Shown in pieces: positions 12,781-26,997 of a stretch of 64,000 nucleotides of DNA. The DNA comes from Octopus sinensis (taxonomy: Eukaryota), in assembly GCF_006345805.1 (NCBI RefSeq), contig NC_043018.1, positions 15,810,001-15,874,000 on the forward strand. The letters run 5' to 3'. A program made the translations under genes and the position numbers. Below the pieces are notes generated by a model, which ran no database searches, was not told the DNA's origin, and was given only the letters and a program-made list of their open reading frames with translations. Every line of letters starts with the position of its first letter. The stretch's first letter is position 1.

Positions 12781-13489
12781 GATGCTGTCGTGTAACAAAA
12801 GCAAGTCGACTGAACTGATAGGCTGTCCATTCCATTATGTTCAAGAGTTTCCATCTGAACGAAGTCTGGTTGCATTCAGGTAAATGTTCTCGCTTGTTTA
12901 ACATGCTAACCCTAATCGAGGGGTTCCTAAGATCACCCGTGAGAAACCTATCTTTTACCTGTTTCATTCATTAAGCTTCGGTCATACTGGGGCAGCGCTA
13001 TGAAGGATTTGAGGGAAATGGAAACCTGGATTCATTTCGCTTGTAAAGTCTGTTACATATTGTATCGGCGGTCTCTTTTGCTAAGTCATTAAAGGGGATT
13101 AAACCAATGTCTGTTGTCAAACGGTGACAAACATGGACACAAAAACACACACTGAGACACAAAATGCACGGTCACGCACATACACACACACATATACAAG
13201 CACACACATATGCACACGCAGACACACAAACACACACACACATATTATATATATATATATATATATACATATACTCACACGCATATATACAGCAGGTTTA
13301 TGCGCACACATACACACGCATATATATAGAAATATTAATATTTCTAAATCTCTCTAAAGGAGACTACGGTAGCAGTACTGGATATTAATAGTTATCGCCA
13401 AGCTAACATGGCAGTCCAGGGAAATTGGTGGAATGCTGCCGTTGATTAACTCCAAGAGGCCATCGCCTCTAGCTAGCTATGTGAGATAT

Positions 13490-13620
13490 ACACACAAAAG
13501 TTTCTATCTAGCAAATCCACTCGCAAAGCATTGGGCAGCCTGGGGCTATAGTAGAAGACACCTTAGGTGCCGCGCAGTTGGACTAAACGCGAAACCAAGT
13601 GGTTGCAAAGGGAGCTTGCT
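13490..13620 (-). mobile_element. SINE family D, 5' half, interrupted at its head
   Basis: CAAATCCACTCGCAAAGCATTGG...GGGGCTATAGTAGAAGACAC matches the D copies at 14654 and 48955. Confidence 0.75.
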
Positions 13621-13880
13621 GTGGAGGTGGGTGGCTTTCAGTTAAGGTATTGGTCACATGATCGTAAGATTGTGGTTTCCATTCCTGAACCAGGTGACGT
13701 GTTGTGTTCTTGAGCAAAACACTTCACTTCACGTTGCTCCATTCCACTCAGCTGGCAAAAGTGAGTAATCCTACAACGGACTGGCGTCTTGGTCAGGTGG
13801 GGAATATGTATGTCACGAAAACTGGGAAACTGGCCCTTATAATTCGGCATGGCTCGCGAAGGTAACTTTACTTACTTTAC
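13621..13880 (+). mobile_element. tRNA-Arg-like-head SINE, CORE-like body + tail 1
   Basis: GTGTTGTGTTCTTGAGCAAAACACTTCACTTCACGTTGCTCCA..CAGCTGGCAAAA then GGACTGGCGTC..GGAAACTGGCCCTTAT; decayed TSD AAAG(G)GAGCTTG(C/T)T. Confidence 0.8.
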
Positions 13881-14653
13881 TAAAAGGAGCTTGTTAACCT
13901 TTCGCTTCTGCCTGCTCCTGCCTTTATGCTATTTGCACTACATTTAGCCAGACATTGTATCAAAGAATATATTATCCAAGGTGATTATGTAATTCCGTCT
14001 TTAAAGAACTGGATGAGATTTGAAAGAGATATATTTGCGAGTTCTAACAGGTCCAGTGAACATGTAAGATGTCACCACCCAAGTCAAGCTCGTTAGTTCG
14101 ATTACAATCTACAATTTAATAAGAGTGATTGACCAGTGAAGAAGTGGAATTTGTAATTTGATTGAAACTATGGTGTCTAATGAGTTAATGATAGATCAAC
14201 GGAGATCCCTGTCCGTATGTGTGCGTGTATGTGTGTGTGTGTGTGTGACTGTGTCTGTGTCTGTGTGTGTCTGTGTGTGTTTAGTGCTTGTATGTATATA
14301 AAATGAAAACGATGTATGAGAAATAACTGCCAGTGGTCAATAAGATGAATTTGAACAACAAAGATTAATAAAGATATATTATTAATACTGTACAAGATAG
14401 ATTATTGATTTATTAAAATCATCTTCGCTACTAGAGAAAGTAAATGAAAGGAGATTATGATCGACTCGGAATGGAAAGGAGAGATTTTCTGAAAAAACAA
14501 GAAAGTTTCCGAATTGATATGATATTAATGAAAAGACAGTTTTCGCTTTGAGGAGACTAGAATGCATCTGTGGATACGTGTTTCTATCTCAATAAGTGTC
14601 ATCAGCGTGGCAGCTGATCTTCGAGGACTACGGCAGGCATTAAACAAAACATA

Positions 14654-15046
14654 TACTCTTTTACTCTTTTACTTGTTTCAGTCATTTGACTGCGGCCATG
14701 CTGGAGCACCGCCTTTAGTCGAGTAAATTGACCCGGGGCTTATTCTTTGTAAGCCCAGTACTTATTCTATCGGTCTCTTTTTGCCGAACCGCTAGGTGAC
14801 GGGGACGTAAACACACCAGCATCGGTTGTCAAGCAATGCTAGGGTGACAAACAGACACACACATATATACATATATATACATATATACGACAGGCTTCTT
14901 TCAGTTTCCGACTACCAAATCCACTCACAAGGCATTGGTCGGCCCGGGGCTATAGCAGAAGACACTTGCCCAAGATGCCACGCAGTGGGACTGAACCCGG
15001 AACCATGTGGTTGGTTAGCAAGCTACTTACCACACAGCCACTCCTG
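14654..15046 (-). mobile_element. SINE family D, full length with internal microsatellite linker
   Basis: Minus-strand head GGAGTGGCTGTGTGGTAAG..GGTTCAGTCCC, CORE-like TTGGGCAAGTGTCTTC, TA/TG linker, (AAAGAGT)-like tail. Confidence 0.9.
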
Positions 15047-15649
15047 TAGAGAATATTTATGGATGATGCATAACAAGTGAGACATTTCAATGTTTAATGC
15101 ATCCAACACTTCTAGTAAAGCTGATGTAAACATCTTGTCTTCATATAGAATATCACCGCAGATAAAAGAAAAGAAAACGATGATTTAGCCAGACAGGTTT
15201 CACTCCTGAGTTGGGTTATCACCATCGACCGACTACATATTTTAACAAGCTACGGGAGTATTGATTATATGATTATTATATACCCACCATTATTAAGCTC
15301 TTAATTAAATCAAATAGACTGATTTGCATAAACAACTTATTCTTGGCAGATCGATCGATTAATAAATCGGTGAATCGTGAAGAGTGCTTTGTTTGAATGT
15401 TATGCAAAGTGATCAAGAGATTTTACCATTTCACTGGTTCCAACAACACATTGCTTACTGTCAGCCTTTTTAACATTATTCAAAAGCCTATCAGCGGCAG
15501 CTCACACGGGCTTTCATCTAAACGGTGATGCCATCGACGTATTATCGGCTGATTTACCAAACACTGGATTAACAGTTTTAGTTCAAGAACTATTTATTGG
15601 AAACAACATTCCATTCCAATACGTCTAGTTCTTTTGTCCACTCCTGTTT

Positions 15650-15762
15650 CACTCTCTCTCTCTCTCTCGCTTCTCTCTCTCTCTCTCTCTCTCTCTCAAT
15701 CTATCAATCTTTCTTATCCTGTTTCACTTTCTCTCTCTCGGTCTCTCTCTCTCGACCTCTCA

Positions 15763-15812
<50 letters not shown>

Positions 15813-15841
15813 ATATATATATTTGTGTGTGTGAACGCATG

Positions 15842-15889
<48 letters not shown>

Positions 15890-16195
15890 CATATACATAC
15901 ATATATATATATTAATATATATATGTATGTATATATATATATATTACATATACATACATATATATATGTACGTATGTATGTATATATACATGTATATACT
16001 TATTTATGAGTTAGTGTATGTATACCTATCTGACTATCTTTCTATCCATATAAATATTACGTATAAAATATGTTTGCAATATATCACACAGACAGACAGG
16101 TAGATAGATATATAGATAGATAGACAAAGACGCTTGATAGATATACACGTATCTATCTCTATCTATCTATCTATATATATATATATATATATATA

Positions 16196-16278
<83 letters not shown>
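15650..16278. repeat. Compound (CT)n/(TA)n/(TAGA)n block
   Basis: Direct reading. Confidence 0.9.
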
Positions 16279-16279
<1 letters not shown>

Positions 16280-16391
16280 TTATATTGTGGTAGTAACCTT
16301 ATAGGGGTCTGTGTAAAACTCGTCCGCAGAATTAAGATTATAAAGGAAGTCTCTATCTATTTTTCGTTTATGTAAAATATGTATGGAATAT

Positions 16392-16706
16392 TGTTGTTGT
16401 CGTTGTTTGTTTCTTCTTAAGCCATGCCTGGCTCATAAGGGCCGGTTTCCTGGTTTCAATGGCGTATAGGTTCTCCACCTGGACGGGACGCCGGTCTGTT
16501 GCAGGTGAGCTGCGAGATGCAGGAGGAAAGAGTGAGAGAAAGTTGTGACGAAAGAGTCAGCAGACGTTCGCCATTACCTTCTGCCGGAGTCGCGTGGAGC
16601 TTAGGGATTTCGCTCATAAACACACATATCGCTCGGTCTGAGATTCGCAACCGCGATCCCTCGACCGCGAGTCCGCTGCCCTAACCACTAGGCCATATGT
16701 CTCCAC
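16392..16706 (-). mobile_element. tRNA-Arg-like-head SINE, body B + tail 1, 12-bp TSD
   Basis: TSD TGTATGGAATAT at 16380-16391 and 16707-16718; (AAC)n tail on minus strand. Confidence 0.9.
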
Positions 16707-16926
16707 TGTATGGAATATAGCTGATTCATTTGATTTCTGTATATTACTGGTTCATACTGATCTTCATACTTCTATTTTGGCATTTGACATACTGGATTTA
16801 AACACTGGCAATGTAACTTTAATTCTTAAAAAAAAAACTGCGTTAAATATTTCTGAAATTGTGTGTTTTCTGAGTAAAGCTCGTCCAGAAAATTAAGTTT
16901 ATAAAAGAAGTCGCTGTCCTCAACGA

Positions 16927-17223
16927 TTTATCACTTTGACTATTTTATCACTTTATCACTTTGACTATTTTATCACTTTATCACTTTGACTATTTTATCA
17001 CTTTATCACTTTGACTATTTTATCACTTTATCACTTTGACTATTTTATCACTTTATCACTTTGACTATTTTATCACTTTATCACTTTGACTATTTTATCA
17101 CTTTATCACTTTGACTATTTTATCACTTTATCACTTTGACTATTTTATCACTTTATCACTTTGACTATTTTATCACTTTATCACTTTGACTATTTTATCA
17201 CTTTATCACTTTGACTATTTTAT
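16927..17223. repeat. Perfect 25-bp minisatellite, about 12 copies
   Basis: Unit TTTATCACTTTGACTATTTTATCAC; 297 bp with no variant units seen. Confidence 0.95.
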
Positions 17224-18633
17224 GATGCTTTCTGTTCAACTTCCTCTCCAAATTTATTTCCTAATCTATAGAATTATCTCTACACACTTCTAATGAATTT
17301 ATTGCCAAGCGGGGATCCCTTTAATTCATCCTCCTTTGTATATCTAATTTTTGGTTTATATCTTCGTGTAGATAACATGTGTATCTCTATCTATAGATAT
17401 CCAGTTTTATTTTGATGTTATGTATGTTTTATGTTTTTAGGTTTTAATTTATCTATATTTTCTTATCTTTGTGTTTCATTTTATTTCTGTTCCTCGGACG
17501 AGAAGTGTGTATTCCCTTTCAAATTCTTATGGAAACTACTAGAATACTGCAGCTACCTTTATTAATCCTCAAGTTGTTCTTCTTCTAAGATACACACACC
17601 ACCAACAACATCAATTTTGGTTTCTTGGGCAACTATATTCAATGACACACAGGTCTCTCCACGAATACGCGTTAGGATCGTCTTAGACTTTTTTCAAACT
17701 GATTCTAAGATCAGACATCGTACAGGAACTTGAAAAGTTTAATTATTTTCTGAATATTTTATTCCGAGTAAGCCATAAGGTCATAATCATCAAAATACAA
17801 CAAATCACGAACCAGAGTCACAAAGGTCTTTGATTTAGCTTTAGAATGCTTCAGATTAAACGATGCACTTGATTGACAATAAAGGACAAAGATGTCTAAA
17901 TCATAGTCCTTAAATGCATGAGAAAGTCACTTCTGCAAAAGATACAGTAAACAAATTTAACGCGTGTATACCCCCCCCCTATTTTACACCATTCTCCACA
18001 GGAATCTGTTACGATAGAATACAAGTTGAGCTGAAGTAGAGCTTTATAGTTGTCGGTGTTTTGGGTATATTCATGGAAATCAATAAACTTAGGTGGAGAC
18101 TCCGACTTTTCGAAGCTTCTGCGCAGCAATTACTATACGTTGTGTCAACTCATTTCAATGCTACCTGTACCAGGCCTAAATCCACATTGAGACCATAAGA
18201 TACCGCAGATTATTAGTTACTTATTTAATTATGCAGGTAGATAGGTAGGTGGGAAGATAGGTAGTCTGATAGGAAGAGAAATAGATGAGTAGGTAGATAA
18301 ATAGGCAAGTAGGGAGGCAGGTAGATAGATAGATAAATAGATAGACAGACAGAGAGACAGAGAGATAGATAACGGACTAAGTGAGAATTTATTGTAAAGG
18401 TTGCAAGGAGCAACGAAAGATCATTGACAAACAAGACAAAACGAATTACTTACGGTTTAACCAAATTAAACAATCGGTTCGTTAATTAGATATTTAACCA
18501 ACTGACTGATAATAAAAGAATGGAAATGAATCAATACGTGTGATAATGATATTGACATGACTCTCCGAAGATACAGCAAAATTTATTTCAACAGACGAAT
18601 TCACATAAGGAATCATGCAAACGACATACATAA

Positions 18634-18840
<207 letters not shown>

Positions 18841-19189
18841 ACATGTGTGTGTATGCATGTATGTGTATGTGTGCGTGTACGTACGTACGTATGTTCAAAC
18901 GCATACGGTTGGGAAAAAGACAACTAATGTAGATTTTGTACGAAGATACACGAAAAGACGAACAACGCACTGGAAGGAAAATGTGTGCGGGAATGTGTGT
19001 GTGCGTCTGCGTGTGTATGTGTGTGTACGTGTGTGTGCAAGCAGATGTACATAGATAGGCAGCAAACATCTACAGAGATAGCTAAACGCACACACACACT
19101 CACACACATATATATGCTTATATACATAGATCCCCTTATTTATATGCATATATATATATGTATATACCTGCGTGAAAAGATAGAAAGAA

Positions 19190-19231
19190 ACAGATAGATA
19201 GATGTATATCTAGATAGATAGATAGATAGAT

Positions 19232-19298
<67 letters not shown>

Positions 19299-19310
19299 GA
19301 TAGATAGATA
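19190..19310. repeat. (ATAG)n tetranucleotide microsatellite
   Basis: Direct reading. Confidence 0.95.
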
Positions 19311-19784
19311 ATTTGTCAGTTTGAAGAAAGAGAATATATTTTAACAACCAGAAGCAAAATGATTCTTTGAACCCGAAACTAGAGACATTACGACCAATGA
19401 AAATAGGTGTTGTTTGGTAATCGGAGCGATTCCATTGGTGTTATCTGTGTGAAACAGATGTTTTTCTTTCTGCCTTTCTGCACAATAACACTCGGGATAA
19501 TACAGTTGGTTGCACAAATTTAATCTGTACAATGTCTTATACTTGAGCTTAATACGAAACAGCGAGGGATCCGCTTACACATCACAACACTCGATAACGC
19601 AACACAATCTCCATTAATAAACCATCTATGTTTCTTTCTTTTTTATTCTGCTTTATGATTTTTGGGTGTTTTTTTTTTTTTGTTTCCGAGTCAACAAAAC
19701 CGTTTCTATGAGATCGCTCTGTTTGCTAGACATAGCAAGGATATCTTCCGCCTTCCTGTCTTTAAAATCAGTGCACGGGTTATA

Positions 19785-19808
19785 TCTATTATATAAAATC
19801 TGTTCTGT

Positions 19809-19845
<37 letters not shown>

Positions 19846-19970
19846 TTCTAGGATCTCGGGCATCCTCCATCCGATTGCGCTCAAATTTGATATGTAGATA
19901 CCGACGATATCAGGGCGTGCATGAGTCTGGAAAAAATTACAAAAATCGATTCCAGGTGAGAATGCGATCA
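19785..19970 (+). mobile_element. Helitron/DINE-like non-autonomous element, 5' part
   Basis: A|TCTATTATATAAAA start, (TG)n, then CCGATTGCGCTCAAATTTGA..AAAAATCGATTCC, a layout typical of such elements; no 3' hairpin-CTAG seen. Confidence 0.45.
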
Positions 19971-20770
19971 ATTACTGGTACTTTAAACTCTTCGGTTGCA
20001 TATTTGTTTGAATAAAATCGTTTTTCTTTGGAATAAAAAAAAAAGCCTATCTTTATTTCTTCTTTTCCTGGTGTCTCAAATTTAGGTTAAATCAGTGTTT
20101 CTCAAAGGGGAGGCCTATGGGACGGTTGGACAAGTTGTTTTGAGAAAATTTGGTTTAAATGTTTGACAACTCAGCACCGTCCATTGGACGTGGTGGGGGG
20201 GGGGGCGTTTTGTTCGTTATATATAATGACCAAACGACTGGGGCAATTTCTTTAAGGCTAGTTGACCTGCTAGAAATAACATTTCAATCTTCGTTAAATC
20301 TCACCTCCTCAAAAATGAAAGACATCTGAGGTAATGTTTAGAAACTGAAATATTTACATCGTGGAAGGATCCCATTGAGAGTTGTCTTAAGACAGGGGTT
20401 ATAAGCTGCAGCATAGGAAACCTGTTAACCTACTAAAAATATTGATTCGTTCCACATACATACTTGTATACATACTTATTTGAACTACAAGGAAACGGTT
20501 GAGTGTGACCTCGAAGTTTGATATAGTCAGCTGAAAATTCGAACTTACTATTAATCTCAAATCGGCGCATGGTATTTATTATATTTTAATACACGACAGA
20601 CTCATCTGTTCCTCTACCTAAACTAAGAAACTCTATATCGCATCGCATTTCCGGAATATAAGATATATTTCTAGTATCCTTAAAATCCTTTAAAATGTTT
20701 TAACCCGAAGGCCGCGGCCATGCTGGGGCACCACCGCTGTATATAGACAGTATATAGTATATAGACATCT

Positions 20771-20975
20771 AAGTTGGCGAGCTGGCAGAAATGTCAGCAC
20801 GATGGCCGAAATGCTCAACGGCATTTCGTCTGTCTTTATGGTCTGGGTTCAAATTTCGCCGGGATCGACTTAGCTTTGACTCCTTAAAGGATTCAATAAA
20901 ATAAGTACCAGTCGACTTAACCGACTTACACCTTTTTCAAGTCTACTTGCCTTGTGCCAAACCTGGAAACCAATA
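20771..20975 (+). mobile_element. SINE family A
   Basis: GGCGAGCTGGCAGAA head, GGGTTCAAATTTCGCC, AATAAAATAAGTACCAG, TTGTGCCAAA end. Confidence 0.75.
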
Positions 20976-20987
20976 TGTAAATATCTA

Positions 20988-21183
20988 AGGTTGCGCGTTG
21001 GCCAGAATAATTGGAACTCGGGGCAAAATGTTTAATTCTGAGTTCAAATTCCGCGGAACTCGAATTTGCCCTTCAGTAAAAAGGGGTTGATCAAATAAGT
21101 GCCACTGGAGCACTGGGGTTGATGTAAACCACTTAACCCCAACGCCGAAATTGTTACCATGGTGTCAAAATTTGAAGCCAACA
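20988..21183 (+). mobile_element. SINE family A, in tandem behind the previous copy
   Basis: CTGAGTTCAAATTCCGC..AAATAAGTGCCA..GAGCACTGGGGTTGATGTAA..CAAAATTTGAAGCCA. Confidence 0.7.
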
Positions 21184-21405
21184 CATAAATATCTATCTGC
21201 GCACGTAAGTATGTATATATATGAGTGTGTATGTATGTAACAATCAGCCGTTTATTCTAATCATGTATGAGTTAGAGCATGGTTATTGTGGAGCTCATTT
21301 TTCTTTTCTTTACACCTAACATTAACTTGCAGTAATCAACACTTGGAGTATTAAAAAAAAACGATAATATATTTTCACTCTGAAACGTTTATAAGAGTGG
21401 ATGTG

Positions 21406-21482
<77 letters not shown>

Positions 21483-21646
21483 CGTGTGTGTATACATATA
21501 TATATAATGGTGACACACAAAGAGAAGAGGAAACAGTAAGTGATAATAATTGGCAAAATAATGCACGGAGGGGTAGACGTATAATTAGGAATGCTTGCAT
21601 CATATACATGTAAACATACATACATATGTATATATATATATATATC

Positions 21647-21688
<42 letters not shown>

Positions 21689-22996
21689 GATATATAATAT
21701 GTACGTGCTTGTATAGTTAGACATGTGTGTGTAAGTATATATACACCTATATGTATGTAATGTGTGCATGTTTGTACATGTGCGTGTGTGCACTCGTACA
21801 TATAATAGGCTTATTGATAAATAAGCATATATTTTTTTTAATTAAGAATAGTAGGAAGAAAGAAAGAAAGACAGAAAGAAAGGGAGAGATAAGGAAAAAG
21901 TAAGAAGGAAAGAAGGGAGGAAAGAAAGAATGATATCTCTATACTTCTTTCATTCTAAGATTACATTAAAACATCATCAACAGATTCCGAAAAGAGAGTT
22001 AGTAACAGTTCTGTTTTCGGTTGTATAAACATTTAATGATATCGTTAAAATATCATTACAATTGCCATATTGGATAAAGTGGTTTAAGATTCAACACCAG
22101 GCTAAATAATCATTAGATATTGTCTTCGATCAGTTATTTGTTCATCATCTGTTTGGCATCAAATCGAATTATAGACGCCATTACGTTTGGCGAAGGCTGT
22201 AAGTTAAGGTAAGATATTTACAGAATGAAAAAGTTCATTGGGCCACAGTGCAAAGGTTGTCTCGCTGACACAGTTTGCAAGTAGAGTTATTTAATCATAT
22301 TGTCGCATCATAATTAATTGATAGATTATAAATCTTATACTTTCTGATTTTCGAAATTGTGATTCCACTTCAGAATTAGTCATAAGACTAACACAGCCAT
22401 TGGCAGTGTGTTGAGGAGCAAGGTGGGAAGTTTTGGTATTCAGGCTTTTGTTTTTGTTTATAGTTTTTTTTTTATATGTTTTGTTTTCTTGTTTTGCATT
22501 TTTTTGTTTTTGTTTTTTGTTTTGATCAATTTGCCAGGTTGAGAAATGGGTAACGAAAATAGATTTCTGTGTAACAAACTTCCTTGAAAATCGAATTCTC
22601 CATCTTCATCTTCTTCACTTTCTATGATAATTAATCAATCAATATAATACATCATCTATATGACTGTATCCAACCATAACTCTTCATGCGTGTGTGCGTA
22701 CGTGTATGTGTGTGTACGTGTATGTGTGCATAGGGTATGTGTGTGTATGAATGTATACAGATATGTCTTTGTATCTCAATATATACATATATATATACAT
22801 ATATATATATATGTATATGTATATGTACATATACATATGCATATACATATATGCATACATACATATACACGCCCATATAGATATTGCTATATACATACAT
22901 ACTCTGTTACACACATAATTACAAATAGAGATAATATGATTTTTCAGGCATTTACCATTTTAAGTGTTTATATATACATATCTAACTAATTTTATT

Positions 22997-23043
<47 letters not shown>

Positions 23044-23053
23044 TATATGTCTA

Positions 23054-23096
<43 letters not shown>

Positions 23097-23638
23097 TTAT
23101 ACACACATGCACACATATACATACACATATGTAGGTGTATATATATATGTGTGTATGTGTATGTGTGATATCATATTGCATACATGTATGCATATAAGTA
23201 TGTGTGTCCATTAATATAATGTTGATGCATTATGGGTATTTTCTACACTACAAACCACAGACTCGTGCTTTCTCTCTCTCGCTCTCTCTATCTATCTACC
23301 TATCTATATATTTATCTCGCACGGTCTCTCTCTCTCTATCTTTCTTTCTTTCTTTCTCTCTCTCTCTATCTCTAGCTATCCATATCTTACAGTCTCTCTC
23401 CCTCTGTCTCGTCCATTTCCCATCTATTTCTCCCTCTTTCTCTCTCTCACGTAAACGCTCTTTCTCTCTCCGTTTCTCTCACATATACACACACATACCT
23501 TAAAGAGAAGCAGTTTTCTCTACACAGTGAAGTTAATTCAGAATTACACCCAAGTGGAAAGATTCTAGAAATATATTATTATTAACTGGGCCCCTGTACA
23601 AATAAAACCATAAATCACCAGGAATAACAATAAAGGTA

Positions 23639-23644
<6 letters not shown>

Positions 23645-23718
<74 letters not shown>
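23645..23718. repeat. (AAT)n microsatellite
   Basis: Direct reading. Confidence 0.95.
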
Positions 23719-23720
<2 letters not shown>

Positions 23721-24074
23721 GGCAACTTCATAAGATCCTTCGCGAACAGTGCCATAGGCGTACGTAACCCGTTCTAGACGATTAGGCCGGTAAGTACTAA
23801 AAGCCGAAACTGTCCGAGTTATACACAGAGGGCGATGAATCTGTCCTCTTACTATGGTTCAATGTCTGTGCATTGTCTTGTGTTAAACAGATGCTGTCAT
23901 CGGCCTTCTACAGTAAAAATTGATTCACAGTTGTTTGGTTCTCTGTTTTTCTTCCAACTCTTTATGTTCTGAGTTCAAATCCACCCTAGTTCCCATTTGA
24001 CTTTGATCGTTCCGGGGCCGATAAAACTCATGTATGAAGACGGATTTCTCCGTTTCTGTCTCCTTGTCACACAC

Positions 24075-24091
24075 TTACTCTCTCTCTCTCT

Positions 24092-24142
<51 letters not shown>

Positions 24143-24158
24143 ACTATCTATCTATCTA

Positions 24159-24240
<82 letters not shown>
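24075..24240. repeat. (CT)n followed by (CTAT)n
   Basis: Direct reading. Confidence 0.95.
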
Positions 24241-24241
<1 letters not shown>

Positions 24242-25989
24242 TTCTCACTCTTTATCTAGCTAGCTGGCTCTCAGACATTCATTATCAAATTCGCTGTGAT
24301 TGTTAAAACATACATTCGAACCATTTTATCCAAGACAACCACTTCCATCCTGTCGTAGCCGAAGAATGTTGAAAGGAAAACTGCCGGAGTGTGTCCCATT
24401 TAAGACAATGTCAAATGTGGCAATATGTGGCAACTTTGGGTGACTTTTTGAAAAGTTGGCTGTTATTTCCGACAGATGGAACAACCAGGTAGTCTGACTC
24501 CTTGGTCACTCCCTGTGATACGAACTTTGACCCCTTTACTTGATATCCGAACTCCGTGCAATCAATTCTCTAAATACTGTCTTTTAGCTTTTGGCACACA
24601 TATGCTCCTCTCCACTACCTGCTAGAAATAGCAACCAAAATTTTATCATATTGAACCTTTCTTTCTTAAGGGGGTGCATAATACTTTAGACAATGCAGTC
24701 CAAGGTAGACAGTGTCTATATAAAAATATAAGGGTCGAAGCATTTTTCACCCCAGGTATACTTGGTCCTTGCTTGTTTGGGTTTAAGCAACAACAATTTT
24801 TAAAGATTAGCATATTTGTGTGTCCAGTCACGTCGTTGACAAACGGTGAAATTATAGTTAAATTTAATTCAGTTAAATTCTATTAGTGACATGATAAAAA
24901 CATTTAAACAGGATGTTCCAGTTCCAGGCTACTGAGTTTTCGGTATAGGATCGTCTGTGCCACTAAAAGTTATTCAAAAATATGTTAATCATATTTTAAT
25001 TAACCACTTGGGGTTGTTGCTTTAACCTCATTAATTATAAGTCAGGTTGTTGATTACGTCGTTATAATTATAGAGGTCAGCCAGACAGATACAGGAAGGA
25101 GATTGTTTCTCGTTTCCCCCCTTTTGCATGGTCTGTTGATATCAAGAGGTCAGACAACAGCGAAAATTTGCAGACACGATTATAGCTAGCCGAATTTCCC
25201 TATAATCTATGTCAAACAGGGTGATACACGCAGCCTGGAGGCGATAGTGAAAACGATACATCTGAATTTCTTGCAAAATTCCTGTTTTTAGCTGAAATAA
25301 AGCAGCAACTTTGGCGCCTAGCGCCATAAAGTCTGAAAGAAGTCATTTTCTAACAATTTGTTTTTGTTATGAATTAAACAATTCTAAGTATTTATAGGTG
25401 AAAGAAAAATACAACCGATTCCATTCGATCATTCGCGTTGGACATTTACCAAAAAAATAAAGAAAAACAAAGAACGGATGAAATTTAAATCCAGAGGCAG
25501 ACAAAAAATAAAGAATAATTCTAAATTCCATATCAATAAAAATAGATCACCTAATTGATCGGAGATCGAATGAGAAACACGATAATCTAAAGAGAAAGCG
25601 TTGTTCCTATTAATTTAGACGCCATAGCCTCTACAAGTGATAAACGATATTTCTCTTAATAACAAGGGGAGAATAATTTTCCAGGGTTTCTTTCTGCAGA
25701 AGAAAGATACAGTTAAGTAGGGTCTATTTTTGATGATAATCTTTTACCTTTTATCTGCTTCAGAGACTGGACGGCAAACATGCTAATGCAGCGTCTTTGA
25801 AAGGTTCAGATGAACAAACTGATCCCAGCATTTATCTTCATGCCTGGTCCTTATTCTCTCGATTCATGTTGCAGAACCGATAGACTCCGGGAAAGTAAAC
25901 AAACCAATATCAGCTGCTAAGCCGTAATGAGGGACAAACAGAAAATAACATACATGCGGACAGACAGACAGACAGATAGATATATATGT

Positions 25990-26047
25990 CTGGGAAACGA
26001 AACCGCGATCCTATGACCGCGAATCCGCTGGGCCATTGCGCCTCCAC
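25990..26047 (-). mobile_element. tRNA-Arg-like SINE head fragment
   Basis: GAAACCGCGATCCTATGACCGCGAATCCGCTGGGCCATTGCGCCTCCAC matches the head of the 12396 copy with a short deletion. Confidence 0.8.
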
Positions 26048-26624
26048 TGTGTGTTTATAATTAGATATTATTAGGAATTGTATTAAAAAATTGAAATATT
26101 TTGTATATTCTAGAAGTAAAAGTAGTTTATTGTACATAATTTTAAGCAATAAAATCTCATATGAACCCCAAGGGGTCATATGACCCTCGGTTGAGATCCA
26201 CTGTCCTCGGATTAGGGGCAACTCAAGACAGAGAAAACAGAATCAAGCTGCTGCTGTTGTTGTTGTTGTTGACGCATAGGCCTAAGTCTGCTCTGTTCAA
26301 GTAGGCGTGTAATACGCTACTAACCTGTAGAGCGAATAGAGCCCTACACATCTGTAGAGCCCTACACATCTGTTTCTTATTTCAGATGTACCATGATCGA
26401 GTCCCGATGAAGAAGAAATCGATCTGTAAGTTGTTTTTGTTGTCAAAGATTACCAATATACAGGATTTGTCTGGTATGATCTGGTATGGTCTGGTCAGGT
26501 TTGTTCAAGTCTGGTAGGGCCTGCCCGCGTTAGGAAACTCCCCCCATATGTAGGGCATGTATCGGAATGTATTTTACTTAGGCTACTGGTACCTCGATTT
26601 TGTTCCTTCTCAACAGCATAAGCA

Positions 26625-26997
26625 GTGGAGGCACAATGGCCCAATGGTTAGGGCAGCGGACTCGCGGTCGGAGGATCACGGTTTCGATTCCCAGACCGGG
26701 CGTTGTGTATGTTTATTGAGCGAAAACACCTAAAGCTCCACGAGGCTCCGACAGTAATCTTTTGTTGTACTCTTTCGCCCCAACTTTCTCTCACTCTTTC
26801 TTCCTGTTTCTTGTCCCCAACTTCCTACGCAACCGCTGAGCCTTCATGCGCATTCATCCATCCGTCGATGCTCTCGGTGTCGGGTGTTGACCTGCTTTCT
26901 CTTCTGCGGGTCTTACGAATAGCAAAGGACCACATTTCGGACTTCTCCCATCTTGCGAGCTCTGGAACGAAAACCGTTCGCTCAACAGTGACAGCAA
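26625..26997 (+). mobile_element. tRNA-Arg-like-head SINE, body B + tail 3
   Basis: Standard head and body B, then a tail not seen in other copies; possible decayed TSD CAACAGCATAAGCA (26611) / CAACAACATCAGCA (26998), 12 of 14 matching. Confidence 0.8.

Noticed and set aside
12349-12879. 45-codon frame between AG and GT that is restored if the SINE is removed
   Set aside because: No recognisable homology, expected by chance at this length, and RT-like motif spacing does not fit
16927-17223. Regular 25-bp array as a possible CRISPR
   Set aside because: No unique spacers, no cas genes, eukaryotic context
23770-23820. Further hammerhead-like words (also near 17490, 27920, 30776, 50066, 52229)
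   Set aside because: Each lacks either a correct CUGANGA spacing, the GAAA, or helix I/III pairing
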